The notes under the pieces are model-generated. The model made no database searches, was not told the origin of the DNA, and was given only the letters and a program-made list of their open reading frames with translations. Below, piece after piece: positions 50,169 to 63,354 of a DNA stretch of 64,000 nt. A program made the position numbers and the translations under genes. The stretch is from Octopus bimaculoides (taxonomy: Eukaryota): positions 51,849,299 through 51,913,298 of the forward strand of contig NC_068998.1 in the NCBI RefSeq assembly GCF_001194135.2, given 5' to 3'. The first letter of the stretch is position 1. Every line of letters begins with the position of its first letter.

Positions 50169-52807
50169 TTAAGCAATGTGTTCATGGATGGTTAATGGGT
50201 TGGATGTGATACCAAAGAAGAAGTAATAATTCCTGAAATGTGCATTTACACTAATTATCTATTTTTCTATTTTCAGTTGCATTTTTTATGTATCTGTATT
50301 TATAAATGAAACTTTGTAACTTTCAATTCTGGCTCTAATTTCTGTTGAAAATCTGTAGAGATACACTTGAAAAATAAATATTAGATACATTGTACCTGAA
50401 AATAAAATGACTGGATGGGTGTGGTTGGAATGCTTTTGATCAAATATATGTTCAATGAAACTAACCTTGTACTAACAAAAACAACTAGATGGTATCCAAA
50501 ATAAGTGGGAGAGATTGACACTATGTAAGATCCAAAGAAACTAAAATGTTTTTATGAAGCTGATACCATTAGTGATTTTTAAATTTTGGCTTTCACCACT
50601 TTATTGCAATGTATTAACATTCATTGAACTAAACACTCTCCAATATTTAGTTGTGTTCTTTTACATTCTCAGTTTAAATTTTGCCAATATTGCTTTTCCC
50701 CCCTTCTGGGGGTGAAATGGGCTCAATAAAATAAAGTACTAGTCCAATGTCAAGGACTTGTCTGTTCCCTCTTCCAAAACTTTGTGGTTATATAAGAAAT
50801 CAATACTTTCCTGTATAAATCAAAACTGTTTTACCAAGCAAGTGTTAATTGAATTTCTACACGTTCACTCACAAGCATAGTTGTGTATGCATCAAATAGA
50901 ATATTAGCAAAACGACAGATAATACTTAGCATTGATCTCTTTTGTAATTTTATTAGAATTAATTTCCATGAAGAATTGTTTTAAATAGTTATTTGCATTA
51001 GTGTTGATAGCTTTAAAGAATTAAATTTAACAATTTTCAATATAACTTGAATTGCATTTTTTCTTTTTTTGTTTTGCTTTTTAATGACGTGTGTCTAATA
51101 TTAAATTTGGAATTTTTGCTTTTAAATGCTCAACAGACTGTGTAAAAAGAGTCTTATTTCAAATATTTTCTTTCACAGTTTGTGTGTGTTTCCTTTCATT
51201 TGTAAATATCCATGTCGGCATGGATTTTTCTTCTTGTCAAAATATCAATGCACAAACTTTCTTGATGATCTAAAGTACTTCTGTGGATAACCAAAATCGT
51301 ATTAGATATCACATCTAATAAAAGGAAAAAAAACCCCAATTATATACACAAAAATATATTAATTCATATGAGAACAGCCATAGCTACATGATTAAGAAGT
51401 TTGTCTCACAACTATTGGTTGGTTTCAAGTTTAATTCCACAGCACAGTATCTTAGCCAAGTGTCTTCTGCTGCAGCCTCAGGTTGACCAATATCTTTATG
51501 GGTGGGATCAAATAAATTATAATGATCTCGATTATTGGGATCAGTTTGAGATCTAATTCCACTGCGAGTGCTATATTGTTTGTATGATGTGGAAAATATT
51601 CTATCAACATTGCCCAAAGGATTTTGGCATCAACTTCAAAATGCACTCTAAGCATGGTCCCTGCATCATCTGTTCTCTACCAGAATCATGTTCACATCAC
51701 ATCACAACACTAAGTCAGAACTATTTCACTTCAACTGGTCTTTTTCTCTTTGATGTCATGCCAAGACATAAGGGAAGAAGAAAAATAACCTCATAACATT
51801 CAAACGATTCCTAGACAAATACCTCCAATATATCCACGACAAACCACATATACCTGATGTTAACTTATCAGTTAATAAAAGCTGACAAAGTACACTCAGT
51901 TACAGAAATCAACAAAACTCCCGCTCTTCAAATTTTAGACCTTGTCTCTTATATTAAAAACAATTAAAAGGTTCAGGAAAATCATTAGAGTGATATTTCT
52001 TCTAAATGTTTAAGTTTTGTGTTCAAATCATGATGTGAACTTTGTCATTCATTTCTCCAGGGTGTTGATAAACTAAAACACTAATCAAATACTTAGGTCA
52101 TTAGTATCAACTAACAGCCCTCAAATTGCTTGTCGTGTGCCCTAAATCCAAAACTTCACTGGGTAAAATGCTTAGTGGCATTTCTTCTGGCTCTTAACAT
52201 TCTAAGTTCAAATACCATTGCGATCAACTTTAACTTTCTTTCTTTTAGGGATCAATAATATTAGGACCAGTCAAACACCAGGGTTGATGTAATTGACTTG
52301 CCCTGAAGACAAAATGCTTTGTATTCTGTGTTTATTTTGTCAACTCTTGAAGGATAAAAAAGGACTAGAAGCCTTCTAGTCTTTTTTTTATTTTTCAGGA
52401 GTCGACAAAATTAAAAATAAAAATTCAATAAAATATCGAGAATTTTCTGGATTCCTCCCTCAAATTCGAGGCCTTGTGTCTGCTAGAAACCAGCAACAAT
52501 AGCAGCAGTGATATCTCTAACACTCTACTGAGAACAGTTTTTTTTTTTTGTGTTTTTGTCCACTCATATTCTATTTTCCAAGTTCTGTTAATCATCTCGC
52601 TTGCAGCTTTTCATTTAACTGTACTTAGTCCAGTCCATTGTAGAGTAAAAATAGAATATCTAAGTGATATCATTTGAAAGTAAAATTTGTTGACGGTCTC
52701 AGTCAACTAACTCATTGACATTGAAAACAATTTATTCACTAATTGAAATTTCCTTATTATCCATTTCAAAAGATTATTCTAATAATAAACTATAAATAAA
52801 TAAATTA

Positions 52808-52810
<3 letters not shown>

Positions 52811-52876
<66 letters not shown>
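52811..52876. repeat. Perfect (AAT)22 microsatellite
   Basis: Read directly. Confidence 0.97.
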
Positions 52877-52878
<2 letters not shown>

Positions 52879-53635
52879 ACTGTAGTTTATGATCCCTCTT
52901 CCACTGTTTTATTTCCTCATCTATTCATTCCAAGATGTTTTTCATTTAACTTCTTTTACAGTCAGTGTATGTGACTGTATCAAAGACATTTTATAAAAAG
53001 AAAAATGTTGTTTTATGTCATATTTCAATTTTGTTTTTGGCACAAATTGTAGCAAATTAGATTCCTGTCAATGGACTGTTTTTTATTCATCTCTTGTATT
53101 TTGAAGGAAAATTTTGATTAACATACATCAGGAATAAGATTAAGCCATAGTTTATTATAAGGTTAAACCATAGCAACCTTCTGTGCCACCCTGAATCTCC
53201 CTGTCAACTACATTATGTGTATGGATGTCTTTGGAGTATTCAGCCACTTACATGTTAATTTCACGAGCAGGCTGTTCCATTATTGTAACCGACACTGTGC
53301 CAGTGGTTTTGTGTGTGTATTTTAGTGTGTAATTCTAGATACACTTAGTTTGACTAGCAAAACAGGATAGTCACAGCTAGCATGCCTTTTGATCTTAGGG
53401 CTTGCTTCATCAGAGAGTTTTGTCATGGCTACAATGATCATAAGTCTGTTTAATCAGAGCAGATCTACGTATAAAGTACAATTACAATCAATACACACAA
53501 AAGAACTTTGGAGGTGGCTTAATCTCTCAGATACACCACAAAGCAATATTAATAGTTGTTAGACTGAAGGAAATAATTAATAAAATACATTAATTCTGTT
53601 AACATTAACTTTGCTTAATAATTTACCGTATTTTC

Positions 53636-53825
53636 ATATCATCATCATCATCATAATAATCATGCTGGTATGAGCTGAACAGCTTGACAGGATCCAATGA
53701 GTCTGAAGACTGCCTTGTGCTCCAGTGTCTGTTTTCGCTTGGTTTCTATGGCTGGATACCCTTCCTAATGCCAACCACTCTACAGAGTGTACAGGGTGCC
53801 TTTTATGTGCCTCCAGCACAAGTGA
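53636..53825 (-). mobile_element. SINE/LINE-tail repeat ending in (ATG)n
   Basis: catcatcatc..catgctggtatg..ggatacccttcctaatgccaaccac. Confidence 0.75.
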
Positions 53826-54451
53826 GATTACCATTTGGCTTGAAAGATTAAGATTCCCTTTATCTGAGTAGGGATATTAAGAATTATACATCAGTACTTA
53901 TTCTGCTCTACTCAGATGAATGTGCAAAGTTAAAGTAGTTCATACAAGAGCCATATTAAGTTCTAAAGTTTGATTTCGGTAAATCCTGATATCATATTTG
54001 AGATCCATTCTAGTTTGAATATTGCCATTGCTTGTTTGAACCTTTTTAGCCTCTAGAAATTTTCTTGGAAAGGAACCATTATTAGTTACAGTTGTGTCGA
54101 AATAATTATAGCTCTCTGTTGCTCCAATCCTTTCTCATATTATGTAGCAATAAAGGCATTTGTTATTCTAGACTCTCATTATCTTGCTCCACACTCCACT
54201 CAGCTGTAAATGGGTTCCAGCAATAGACAACAAGTTAAACCTGCAACGGACTGTTGTAATCTCAGTTACTTATATGCTATGAAAAGTGGGTTCAGCTCCC
54301 TCCAGCCATATGAGTCCTAGGGATCAAGACAAAAACCCAACTCTGAGTTTACTTTAAAATAACCACACTACAATACGTGGTGGAATGTTTGCCATGGAGA
54401 TTGTTTGTTTTGATTTGATAATCATTATCATCATCAACAACAAGAACAACA

Positions 54452-54668
54452 AGGCAGCAAGCTGATAAAATTGGTGGAATGCCAGACAAAATGCTTGACT
54501 GCATTTCACCCACCTTTACATTCTGAGTTCAAGTTCCACTGAGATTCACTTTGTCTTTTACCCTTTTAGGTTCCATAAAATAAGTACCAGTTGTGCACTG
54601 AGGTCGATGTAATCAGCTTAACCCCTCCTCACCCCAAAATTGCTGGCCTTGTGCCAAAATTTGAAACC
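54452..54668 (+). mobile_element. Deu/Nin-type SINE
   Basis: ggcagcaagctg..ctgagttcaagttccac..ataaaataagtaccagttgtgcactg. Confidence 0.8.
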
Positions 54669-57573
54669 ATCATCATCATCATCATCATTCTAATCTTATT
54701 TTTTTGTTGTTTTTGTTTGAAAGAAAAGAAGATATTCATCCAGTAAAGATTTAGTACATGAATGAATATTTTATCACACATATCTCTATTTACTGTGATA
54801 TAGACTAAAAATAACTGGATTCCATAAATAGCAGTATTTTGTCTCAATTCATGAAAGAAAAACTACTGAAATGAAAGATCTTTCAATTTCTTTACATAAT
54901 AAGTTTCTCTTGATTTACATTTATTTTCAAAAATGACAAAAACCATTTACTTTTTTTTTTCTTTTCTTTTGTCTTTCTTTTAATGTCTTACTTCATTTAA
55001 AAAGTGCTTTTATCATTTTATCACAAATCTTTTATTTCATAAACGGAATTACTCTTGGGTACGAAACTAAAAATAGAAAATTGATTTAAACATATGTATT
55101 TGATACTTATTAATATCAGTTACACAGATATATGTTTATACAGAAGATGTTTTTAACGTCTGTATTGTTATGTTACACATCAGGTTTTTCTGCTTTATAA
55201 CATATTTGAAAATGATTTACCTAACTACAACCAGATTTTTATGAAAGCTTCTTTTTATTCCATTAAGAAATTAATTTTGAAGAGTAGCTATTTTTAGACA
55301 GATTAGCAGTATTAACTGAAAGCTATTTATTTATATTTTTGTTGTTAGTACAATGTTTTAGATAACAACATCTTTAGAACTGCATTTGTATAGTCAAGAA
55401 CCTTTTACGTAATAGATAGTTCACATCTACATTATATTGCAAATGCTGAGCTTTTCATAAAACCAATTATTAATAATAAACAAATTGATGCATTTCACTA
55501 AAACTTGTTTTCTAAAATTCAATTGTTCATCTTCCACAAGATGCACATTGACACTCCACCCACCCATAGATTTTTCATTATATTTCTCATACAATGACAT
55601 GCTATAAAATTGACTTATATCTTTCAAATGATATACAAAATAATTCCTACCACTTTGAAGAGTTACAGCGAATCAGTGATTAAGAGTTCAATCCTTTATC
55701 AAATACAAGAGAGAAGTTTCAGGTAATATTGCATCACGTTTTTTTTAGAGGGAAAGCCAGTTTAGTTTAGTTTAGTTTTTTTTTTCCTGTCTTATAGCCA
55801 AGAGGAAAGCAGTGCTTGTGACCCTTTACAGGGTTTCCAAGATTAGTGGGTAGAAGGGAGGTGGGTATTCCCAAACTGGGAAAACCTTTGCCTAAATTTC
55901 TGCAACAGGGTGGATTTTACAGAAGGCACTCAAAATGCCACCTGGTGGTGCTAAGTCTGGCAAGAAGTTGAGTATGCCACCCAAGTAGGCTATGGCAGGA
56001 TTTGAACTCACAGCACAAACATCTGGGACAAATACTGCAAGCTATCCACTCAGACATTTTTACAATTTTGTTAATCCACTGCTATAAAGTGGTACTTTTT
56101 TTTAATCAACCACAAAACGATGAATAACAAAGTTGACCTTGGAACATTATGTGCAAAACATATCTTGGTATATTTCTTATTAAACCTTTTTAATAAAAAT
56201 CAGAAACGAATCAATTATTTTGTGTTTTTCTCTGTTTGGATAACCCACTTCAAAGATATATTTAAAAATTCTCTCTAGATATGTTTTTGAAGAAAATGTC
56301 ATCTTTAAAGGGCAAAGGTTTTTTTTTTTTTTTTTCATGAAATAAAAATAGCAATTTATATTTTATTAAATGTTATCTTCAGCATATCAAGCCTTTCTAT
56401 TTAGGGACATTCAACTTTTTATTCAATATTTAGAGACATTTCTCTCATTAAGGATTTATAAATAACCAATAATATTTCCACTCACTATGTATAAATACGC
56501 TTTGAAATAATGCAAATAGTTAATGAACAATGGCAAAGATAAAGGAGAACTTTATGAATTGAAATTAATCTGTTTCTTTTCTTTTATCTTAATAATTACA
56601 AATGTAATCTATTAAATTAATTTCAATTCATAAAGTTCTCCTTTGGTGTTGAGTCTGTTTTTTTACCTTTTTCTTTGGCATTTTGTTCTTTAGTTTCTTC
56701 AATGCAGCCACAACAAATGCCAGTTGGCAAATGGCTACCCTGCCAAATTTCCCTTTCAATACTCATCAGTAGGTTCCAGCAGCCAGTGCCAGCTAACTGT
56801 CACGTGACACAATCTAAGCTTCAGCTGACCAATGGAAAGGAAGGTTGCATAGTTTTCTCCCATGCCTTCTCTAGACCTACCTTTTCTGGGTACTTTTTTA
56901 TGATACCAGTACTAGTAAGGTTGCCATACAACTTACAAGATTATCACTGGAAAACGTTTCAATAATATAAAACCTGACTGAGGTGAGTTTTGTTGGATAA
57001 AAACTTTGAAATTCTTTCTTGTTGTTTCGCCCTAGGTCATCTTTTAGTTAACCGACCAATATGCAAATATTTTCCTGCCATAACCAGCCAATCTATCATC
57101 AAACATAGTGTATAAAGTACCGTATTACTCAATATGTCCTTACTTTTCTAAGATGGTAGGCTTTGAAATGAAAGACATTTGGTTACTGTTTCTAGCAAGT
57201 CAGACAAACACATAGTTGGCACATTTGATGATTCAAAGTGAATACTTCTGTGTTAGACAATGAAAATATCCCATAAACCTTAATGATGATTTCATCGTCT
57301 TACAATCAATCAGGAATTAGCGTGTCTGGGGAAAACTATCCTAGTCTAATTTGTTGATTAGATATTAAATGTGTTATGACTTAATGAAGCGTTGATCACA
57401 CAACTAACATCATGTCCTTCGCTTCATTCTCCTCCACAACACTGAAACAATGAAGTAATTATCAACAAGGGAATCACTTTGTGATCGCTTTATTTACTTG
57501 AGTAGCAATAAAGTCTCCTACAAATCACGTACTCTACCTAATGTAAAAAGAAAAGGACATATTAGATGGTATA

Positions 57574-57785
57574 GGCATGGTTGCGTGGTGATAAGTTTGC
57601 TTCTCAACCACATGGCTCTGGGTTCAGTCTCACTGCGTTGTCACCTTGGCCAAGGGTCTTCTACTGTAGCCTCGGGCCGACTAAATACCAGTTGAATACT
57701 GAGGTTGATGTAATCGACTAGTCCCACCCCTGACCCCACTTCCAACCCTGAAATTATTGACCTTGTGCCCAAATCTGAAGCCGTT
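57574..57785 (+). mobile_element. CORE-type SINE head joined to a Deu/Nin-type SINE tail
   Basis: ggcatggttgcgtggtgataagtttgc..agcctcgggccgac followed by taccagttgaatactgaggttgatgtaatcgac. Confidence 0.75.
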
Positions 57786-58669
57786 TTCACTTTACTTTAT
57801 TCCACTATTTAAACTTTACACACTTAGTACTTGCTGATGCGGACTGTTGCCAGTTTCCTCAGATTCTCTTATTAAAAAAAAAAAAATAGGTATCATATAC
57901 TGACATAAAGGAGTTATTTGTTGGTTAGATAAGTGTGTATAATCTCTTCAAAAGAGTTCAAAAAGCAAACTTTTTTCCTCTTTTTTTACAAAAATCAATT
58001 TTTGCTACGTCAGCTAATTATGGAATATGAAGAATATTGTTTGTAACAAAATATAAAATAATGTAACAAATCGACACTATATTGAGTTTCGGGTTGATAT
58101 TTTTAGCGATATGGATTTGATTGTATGGTTTGATTGAAAATATCAGCCTGTCTTTATTAAAATTAATCTATAATCTTGTTTCACTTGCCAGATAGAACTG
58201 CTTTATTCATATTGATAATCCCTTCAGTAATGAAAAAAATACTTATACATTTCTTCCTATAAATGTTAAGTTTCAATATCTCGGAAAAAATTACTTAGTG
58301 TTTGTTTTAAGGGTAAAATAATACAAAAAAATTATTGGATGAACGTTGTAGAAACCAATCATGATTAGATCTGGGCTACTAGAAAACATTTTAACAGGAA
58401 CTGAATAAATAATGACATGTTAGCTTGAAATCAGTGATTGATTATATTTCTCTGGCTTTCATAGGAGTTGGACAATAGACAAATAGGATCATAATCTCAT
58501 TGGCTAAATGCACTAGCTTTCATTAATACTGCAAATATTTCTTTAAGGCAACTCAGGATGGTCGTGTGATAGGATGCTCAACAAATAACTTAAAAGAGTA
58601 TGGTAGATAAGGCTAGAATGAATTTTGTATATTGCTTTAAATGATTTTGTGTGTTACTGCTTGCTAAAG

Positions 58670-58749
58670 ATCATGTGTGTATGTGAGTGTACACACATGC
58701 ATATATGTGTATGTATGTATAAATATACATACATATGTATATATGTCTG

Positions 58750-58793
<44 letters not shown>

Positions 58794-58880
58794 CATACAT
58801 ATGTATATATATGTGTGTATATACATATATGTATATATTTATACATAATAATATTAATATATATATATGTGTATATACCA
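58670..58880. repeat. Long compound (TA)/(TG)/(CA) microsatellite
   Basis: Read directly; explains the Y/I/V-rich ORFs here. Confidence 0.95.
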
Positions 58881-59013
58881 GAGTAAGCACATAAATGCAA
58901 AACAAGGTGTAAAAAAGAGTACTCAAATACCAGAGGTAGAGTAATATGCTTTATTAAAAAGCAGCAAAAATATCACAAAACAGTTACTCAGAGTTTCACA
59001 TTCCCATTCGTTA
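58880..59013 (-). mobile_element. Penelope-like terminal repeat fragment with a truncated hammerhead-like motif, cut by a Deu/Nin SINE (59015-59175, -)
   Basis: Minus strand taACGA-atgggaatgt-GAAA-ctc-t-gag-TA-actgtttt; the CUG of the core is lost at the SINE junction. Confidence 0.5.
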
Positions 59014-60329
59014 CATTGATCCCAGTGCTCAGCTGGTGCTTATATTATTGACCCTGAAAGGATTAAAAGCAAAGTTGACCTTGGTAGAATTCGAACTCAG
59101 AATGTAAAAATGGATGAAATGACGCTAAGCATTTTGCTTGGCATGCTAACAATTCTGCCAGCCAACCACCTTACTTGAAAATTTAATATTAATTTTCTAT
59201 ATTTTACTGGTTTGTCAACATTTGGGCAATAACTGAAAATTTTTAAAGTTATGCAATCAATCAGATAAACATTCAAATATTTACTTGTCGGTTATTGACT
59301 TTTTGCCTTTTTTCTCTCAAGTACATTATTTTTTTTTTTTTTCATCATACACAATTTCAATAAAAAAGGTATATCAATAGACAATCATCAATAGACAATT
59401 GACTCAAATATCATACAACGTTGGCTACATCTTTCTTTCTTTCAAATGCTTTTAGTATTTGGTAATCATTTTTATTTTTGTTTATTTATTTTTTTTATCT
59501 TGAGTGTAATATATCCATCAATATAAGACCATATTACTCTGCTGCAGTGTATTTCAGCTTGAAAATATCCAAAGCTGTCATAGTTAATGCATATTAAAAG
59601 AGAAATTTTGACGTAGCTCTTCGTGTAATAGAGTTAAGGTTGATAAGTGTTGTGTAAGATTTCTGAAGAAGGAAATACAAATTATATAAATATAATGTTG
59701 TATGAGGAATCACAAGTTCAGATTAAGGTTTTTACTCTGACCTCTTTATTCTCACATAATTTGCCAATCTTTACAGAACTGAATAAAAGCAATTTACTAG
59801 AAGTGGTTTAAACATAAATGAACTAGATTCCTTCAACTAAATTTATTGTTGCTAAAACTGAAGTAGAAATTTGTAGACATCTGTATAGTTCTATTTAATG
59901 TGAAAGCAAACCAACAAAAGAACCTCTGTATGGTTGTTGCATGAGCTAAAAACAACAGCCAAATCACCCTTAAATTCTATCATTTTAGCAAAGGGGGAGA
60001 CTTTCGCTAGTGTAAACCTAGACAACTCTAAAAATAGATGGAATTTTCATAGCTAGAATGCCTCTGATCATGGCTCTACTCAGTCCACATTGACCTTAGG
60101 CTAAACCACAACTTTATGTGGAAATATTTTATTGTCTATGTAAAGATTTTGTCTAAAGCTTATGGGATTAAGTGTAGAGGGGGAAAATCAAGTCCAGTGA
60201 TTTTAATTTAGAACTTCAAAAGCTAGTGGCTATTGTCGGCGTATGGAATTAAAGATAAGAAAGGAAGTACCAGGAGATTAATGTACATTAATTCTTGCTG
60301 GTTAATACTTTGAAGAGTAGAATAGATTA

Positions 60330-60945
60330 AAAGGGAGTTACTATAAGATGCACTTCCACAAAAGGTGGTTTCTACTGAGTTTTTGATATGATCAAGTGTA
60401 ATGAGATACTGTAATGGAGATAATACAGAGAGGCTGGTGTATCTACTGGATTTGTTTGATTATCCTATCGTGCCTGTGGGCCCAAAGACAAAAAGTTCTT
60501 CAAAGTAGAATAGGCAGAGTAAGAACACAACTCAATTAAGCCAGCAGCTGCATTCATTTATTGGTTATAGTCATTGGCCTGGCCATTCTGGTGCAACATC
60601 TTCATATATATTAACCACTCATATTGGCCTCACTAATTTTTTTTTTGCTCTTATTCTACTGACATGAGAGGCTAAATTGGCTTCTAAAAACATAAAGGGA
60701 TGCATTTCAACATAATTTACACTGATAAACACACACACACATCTTAACCAGTCCTCACTTGTGAAAGAGTATGATGGCTTGGTAACATGTACCATGCATG
60801 CTAATTGTTTGTGGTACCTTTTTAGACATGAACAAATATAGGTAGCCTCTTGACTCTTCCACTCTTTGTCTCTGTGGCATGTCCGGGATGTGACAGCTGG
60901 TATGAAATAGAGTTGCACCAGCAAACACTTGGCTGGCACTCATAT
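60330..60945 (-). mobile_element. Decayed CR1/L2-like RT fragment
   Basis: SVFAGATLF resembles SMFADDTTL; downstream C-terminal-like sequence. Confidence 0.4.
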
Positions 60946-61858
60946 ATATATAATTAAGTAAACTGGAGCAACTTGAAATGAAGTACCTTGGTCAAGGGCA
61001 CAACACACACTCTGAACCCAGAATTGAACACCTGGCTGTATGACCCTCTAACTACTAGGCCACTGGGGATTTCTGTATTGGTTCCTTCTACCAAAATTTC
61101 ACTCACAAGGTTGTGATACTGCACCACGACCTCTTCCTGTGTCAACACAGACAATAAACAACCAGAAGCTAGGATAGAAGACACTTAGCCAATGTACCAT
61201 TTAGTGGGATTGAAACTGATAGCATGGGATTGAAACAAAGCAGGAAACTTCTTCACTACATAATTTTACCTGCACCTCATCATCTTCATCATGACTTTTT
61301 AAGATAAATTGTGTCAGCTCATATATATATATATCTCAGTTATTACATATTACATGAATAATGAAAATTTTACAACTCCGAAAAAAAAAATATATATATA
61401 TATATATATTTTTTTTTTAGAATAATATAAAAAGAAAAAAACGTCATCGAATGTTTTGAACCATGCTGCTTTCTTCTAGAATGTCTGTGAACCTGGTTCT
61501 TTGAATACTTATGTTTTGTTTTGTTTATTTGATTGTGTGTTCATTATTTTTATTTTTAACATATTAGGTAATGATGTTTTACATATTCTTTATTTTGGCT
61601 CACTTCCTTCATTGGTTTCAGAACTGTGAAATAACAAGTCAGACAGAATTTTTCTTTCTTTTTCTCTTTTTTGTTTCATTTCATTGCATTTTCTTTTCAT
61701 TCATAACTGATCGTTTAGATTCATTGCTGATGGATTTTGAAGGCAGGAAGGGGTGTTTGCTGAACTGATTGATTTCATTGCTTTACTGAAATATCTTTTT
61801 TTGTTTTTTTTATAACTATATTCAATAATTTTGCTTCACATCTCACCCTGCTATTCCT

Positions 61859-61859
<1 letters not shown>

Positions 61860-61922
<63 letters not shown>

Positions 61923-61952
61923 CACTTTCTCTCTCCCTCTTTCTCTCTCAGA
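61860..61952. repeat. (CT)n microsatellite
   Basis: Read directly; explains the RERERE ORF. Confidence 0.97.
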
Positions 61953-62055
61953 CAGCCTCTATGCATCACAGCTCAACCTGTTATAATTATCAGCCTAAGA
62001 CCACCACCACCACCATCCCCAAAATGGATGCATTGGACAAAATAGTTAGGTTACA

Positions 62056-62415
62056 GGAGTGGCTCTGTGGTTAAGAAGTTTGCTTCACAACCATGTCATT
62101 TTGAGTTCAGTCCCACTGCACAACATTTGGGAAAAGGCCTTCTTCTACAACTCCAGCTCAACCAAAGCCTTGTGATTGGATTTCGTGAGCAGAAACTGTA
62201 GAAGTCTATTGTATATATGTATGTGTGTGTGTGTGTGTGTAAGTGCTTGTACTCCCCCAATTCTTGACAACCAGTGTTGGTTTGCTTATGTCCTTGTAAC
62301 TGGGCAGTTCAACAAAAAAAAAAAAATGTCTGATAGAATAAGTATCAGACTTTAAAATTAAGTACTAGGATCAATTTGTTTGAATTAACCCTTTAAGGCA
62401 GTTCTCCAGCATACC
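62056..62415 (+). mobile_element. Full-length CORE-type SINE
   Basis: ggagtggctctgtggttaagaagtttgcttc..gagttcagtcccactgc head, TG spacer, cttgacaaccagtgttgg..ctttaaggcagttctccagcat tail. Confidence 0.88.
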
Positions 62416-62992
62416 TTCAGTAAAGTGAGTATGGTCTGACCATTAAGAAAAGATTGTTCTTAAGAAAATTCAGCAAACGCCAGAACCATGTGGTTGGGAA
62501 GCAAGCTTCTTACCACACAGACACATGAATATAGAAAACATATTTTTGAAGCTACAGTATTGAACAGTTAATTAATTTTCTTCCTTACTTAATTCAATGT
62601 TTCATTGACTTAGTATTTAATTGAATACAATAATAATTGAAATATCAGAAAATCAAGTTAGAGTTTCTATATTGAGAACAACTGTGATTTCACTTCATTT
62701 CATTTCATAAGTTCAAAATATAAGTTCTAACACCCACGAGAAAGGCATCAATGTTCATCAATCTCGCTTCCCCCTTCTGTATAAATTCAAGGCTTTATTT
62801 TATGACGTCTTCTTTATTACAGCGACAAAAGCTTTTATTTATTAAATTATTTATTTATAATTTTCTCTTTATTTCTTGAAAACAATATGATTTAGGTCAG
62901 AATCTATGATTTTCCTTTTTCTTTTAATATTTTCATGATTGCAGTGTGTGTAATATAAATTTAATGTTTTATTTTATTTGTTTTTCTTTCAG

Positions 62993-63049
62993 AAAAATAT
63001 GCGATGCAAGCCGACTTTTAGGGAAGCTGGCGTTCGAAACTATCGAGAG
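62993..63049 (+). CDS. DGKZ/DGKI-like: Type IV diacylglycerol kinase internal exon, end of C1a (KNMRCKPTFREAGVRNYRE)
   Basis: Acceptor tttttctttcag|AAA and donor GAG|gtaatt; 57 nt, phase 0-0. Matches DGKZ INFRCKPSFRESGSRNVRE. Locally CpG-rich relative to the intron. Confidence 0.96.
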
Positions 63050-63354
63050 GTAATTAAAATTTAATTAAATTTTCCATCACAGTTTTAATTTGTTCAAGGA
63101 TTTTGGGCAAACTTGATTGAAATTTAATAACCATATTTGTAACACTTGACTGTGAAAGTCAATGAAGTAATAAAAGAATATGCTTTGATTTTTCTCAGAA
63201 AGGCATGCAGGTATAGCCATGTCATTACCAAATTCCTTTTGCAGTCCTTTGTGTTTGGAATGGTGCATCACTATTTACATGCATCTCTAACTATAAACAC
63301 ACAGTTGTACATGTATGTGTGTGAGTGTGTATGTAAGTAGGTGTATGTGTGTGT

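Noticed and set aside
56725-56930. TIR-like tggctaccctg and aggttgcca
   Set aside because: They face away from each other and have no TSD; no element could be delimited.
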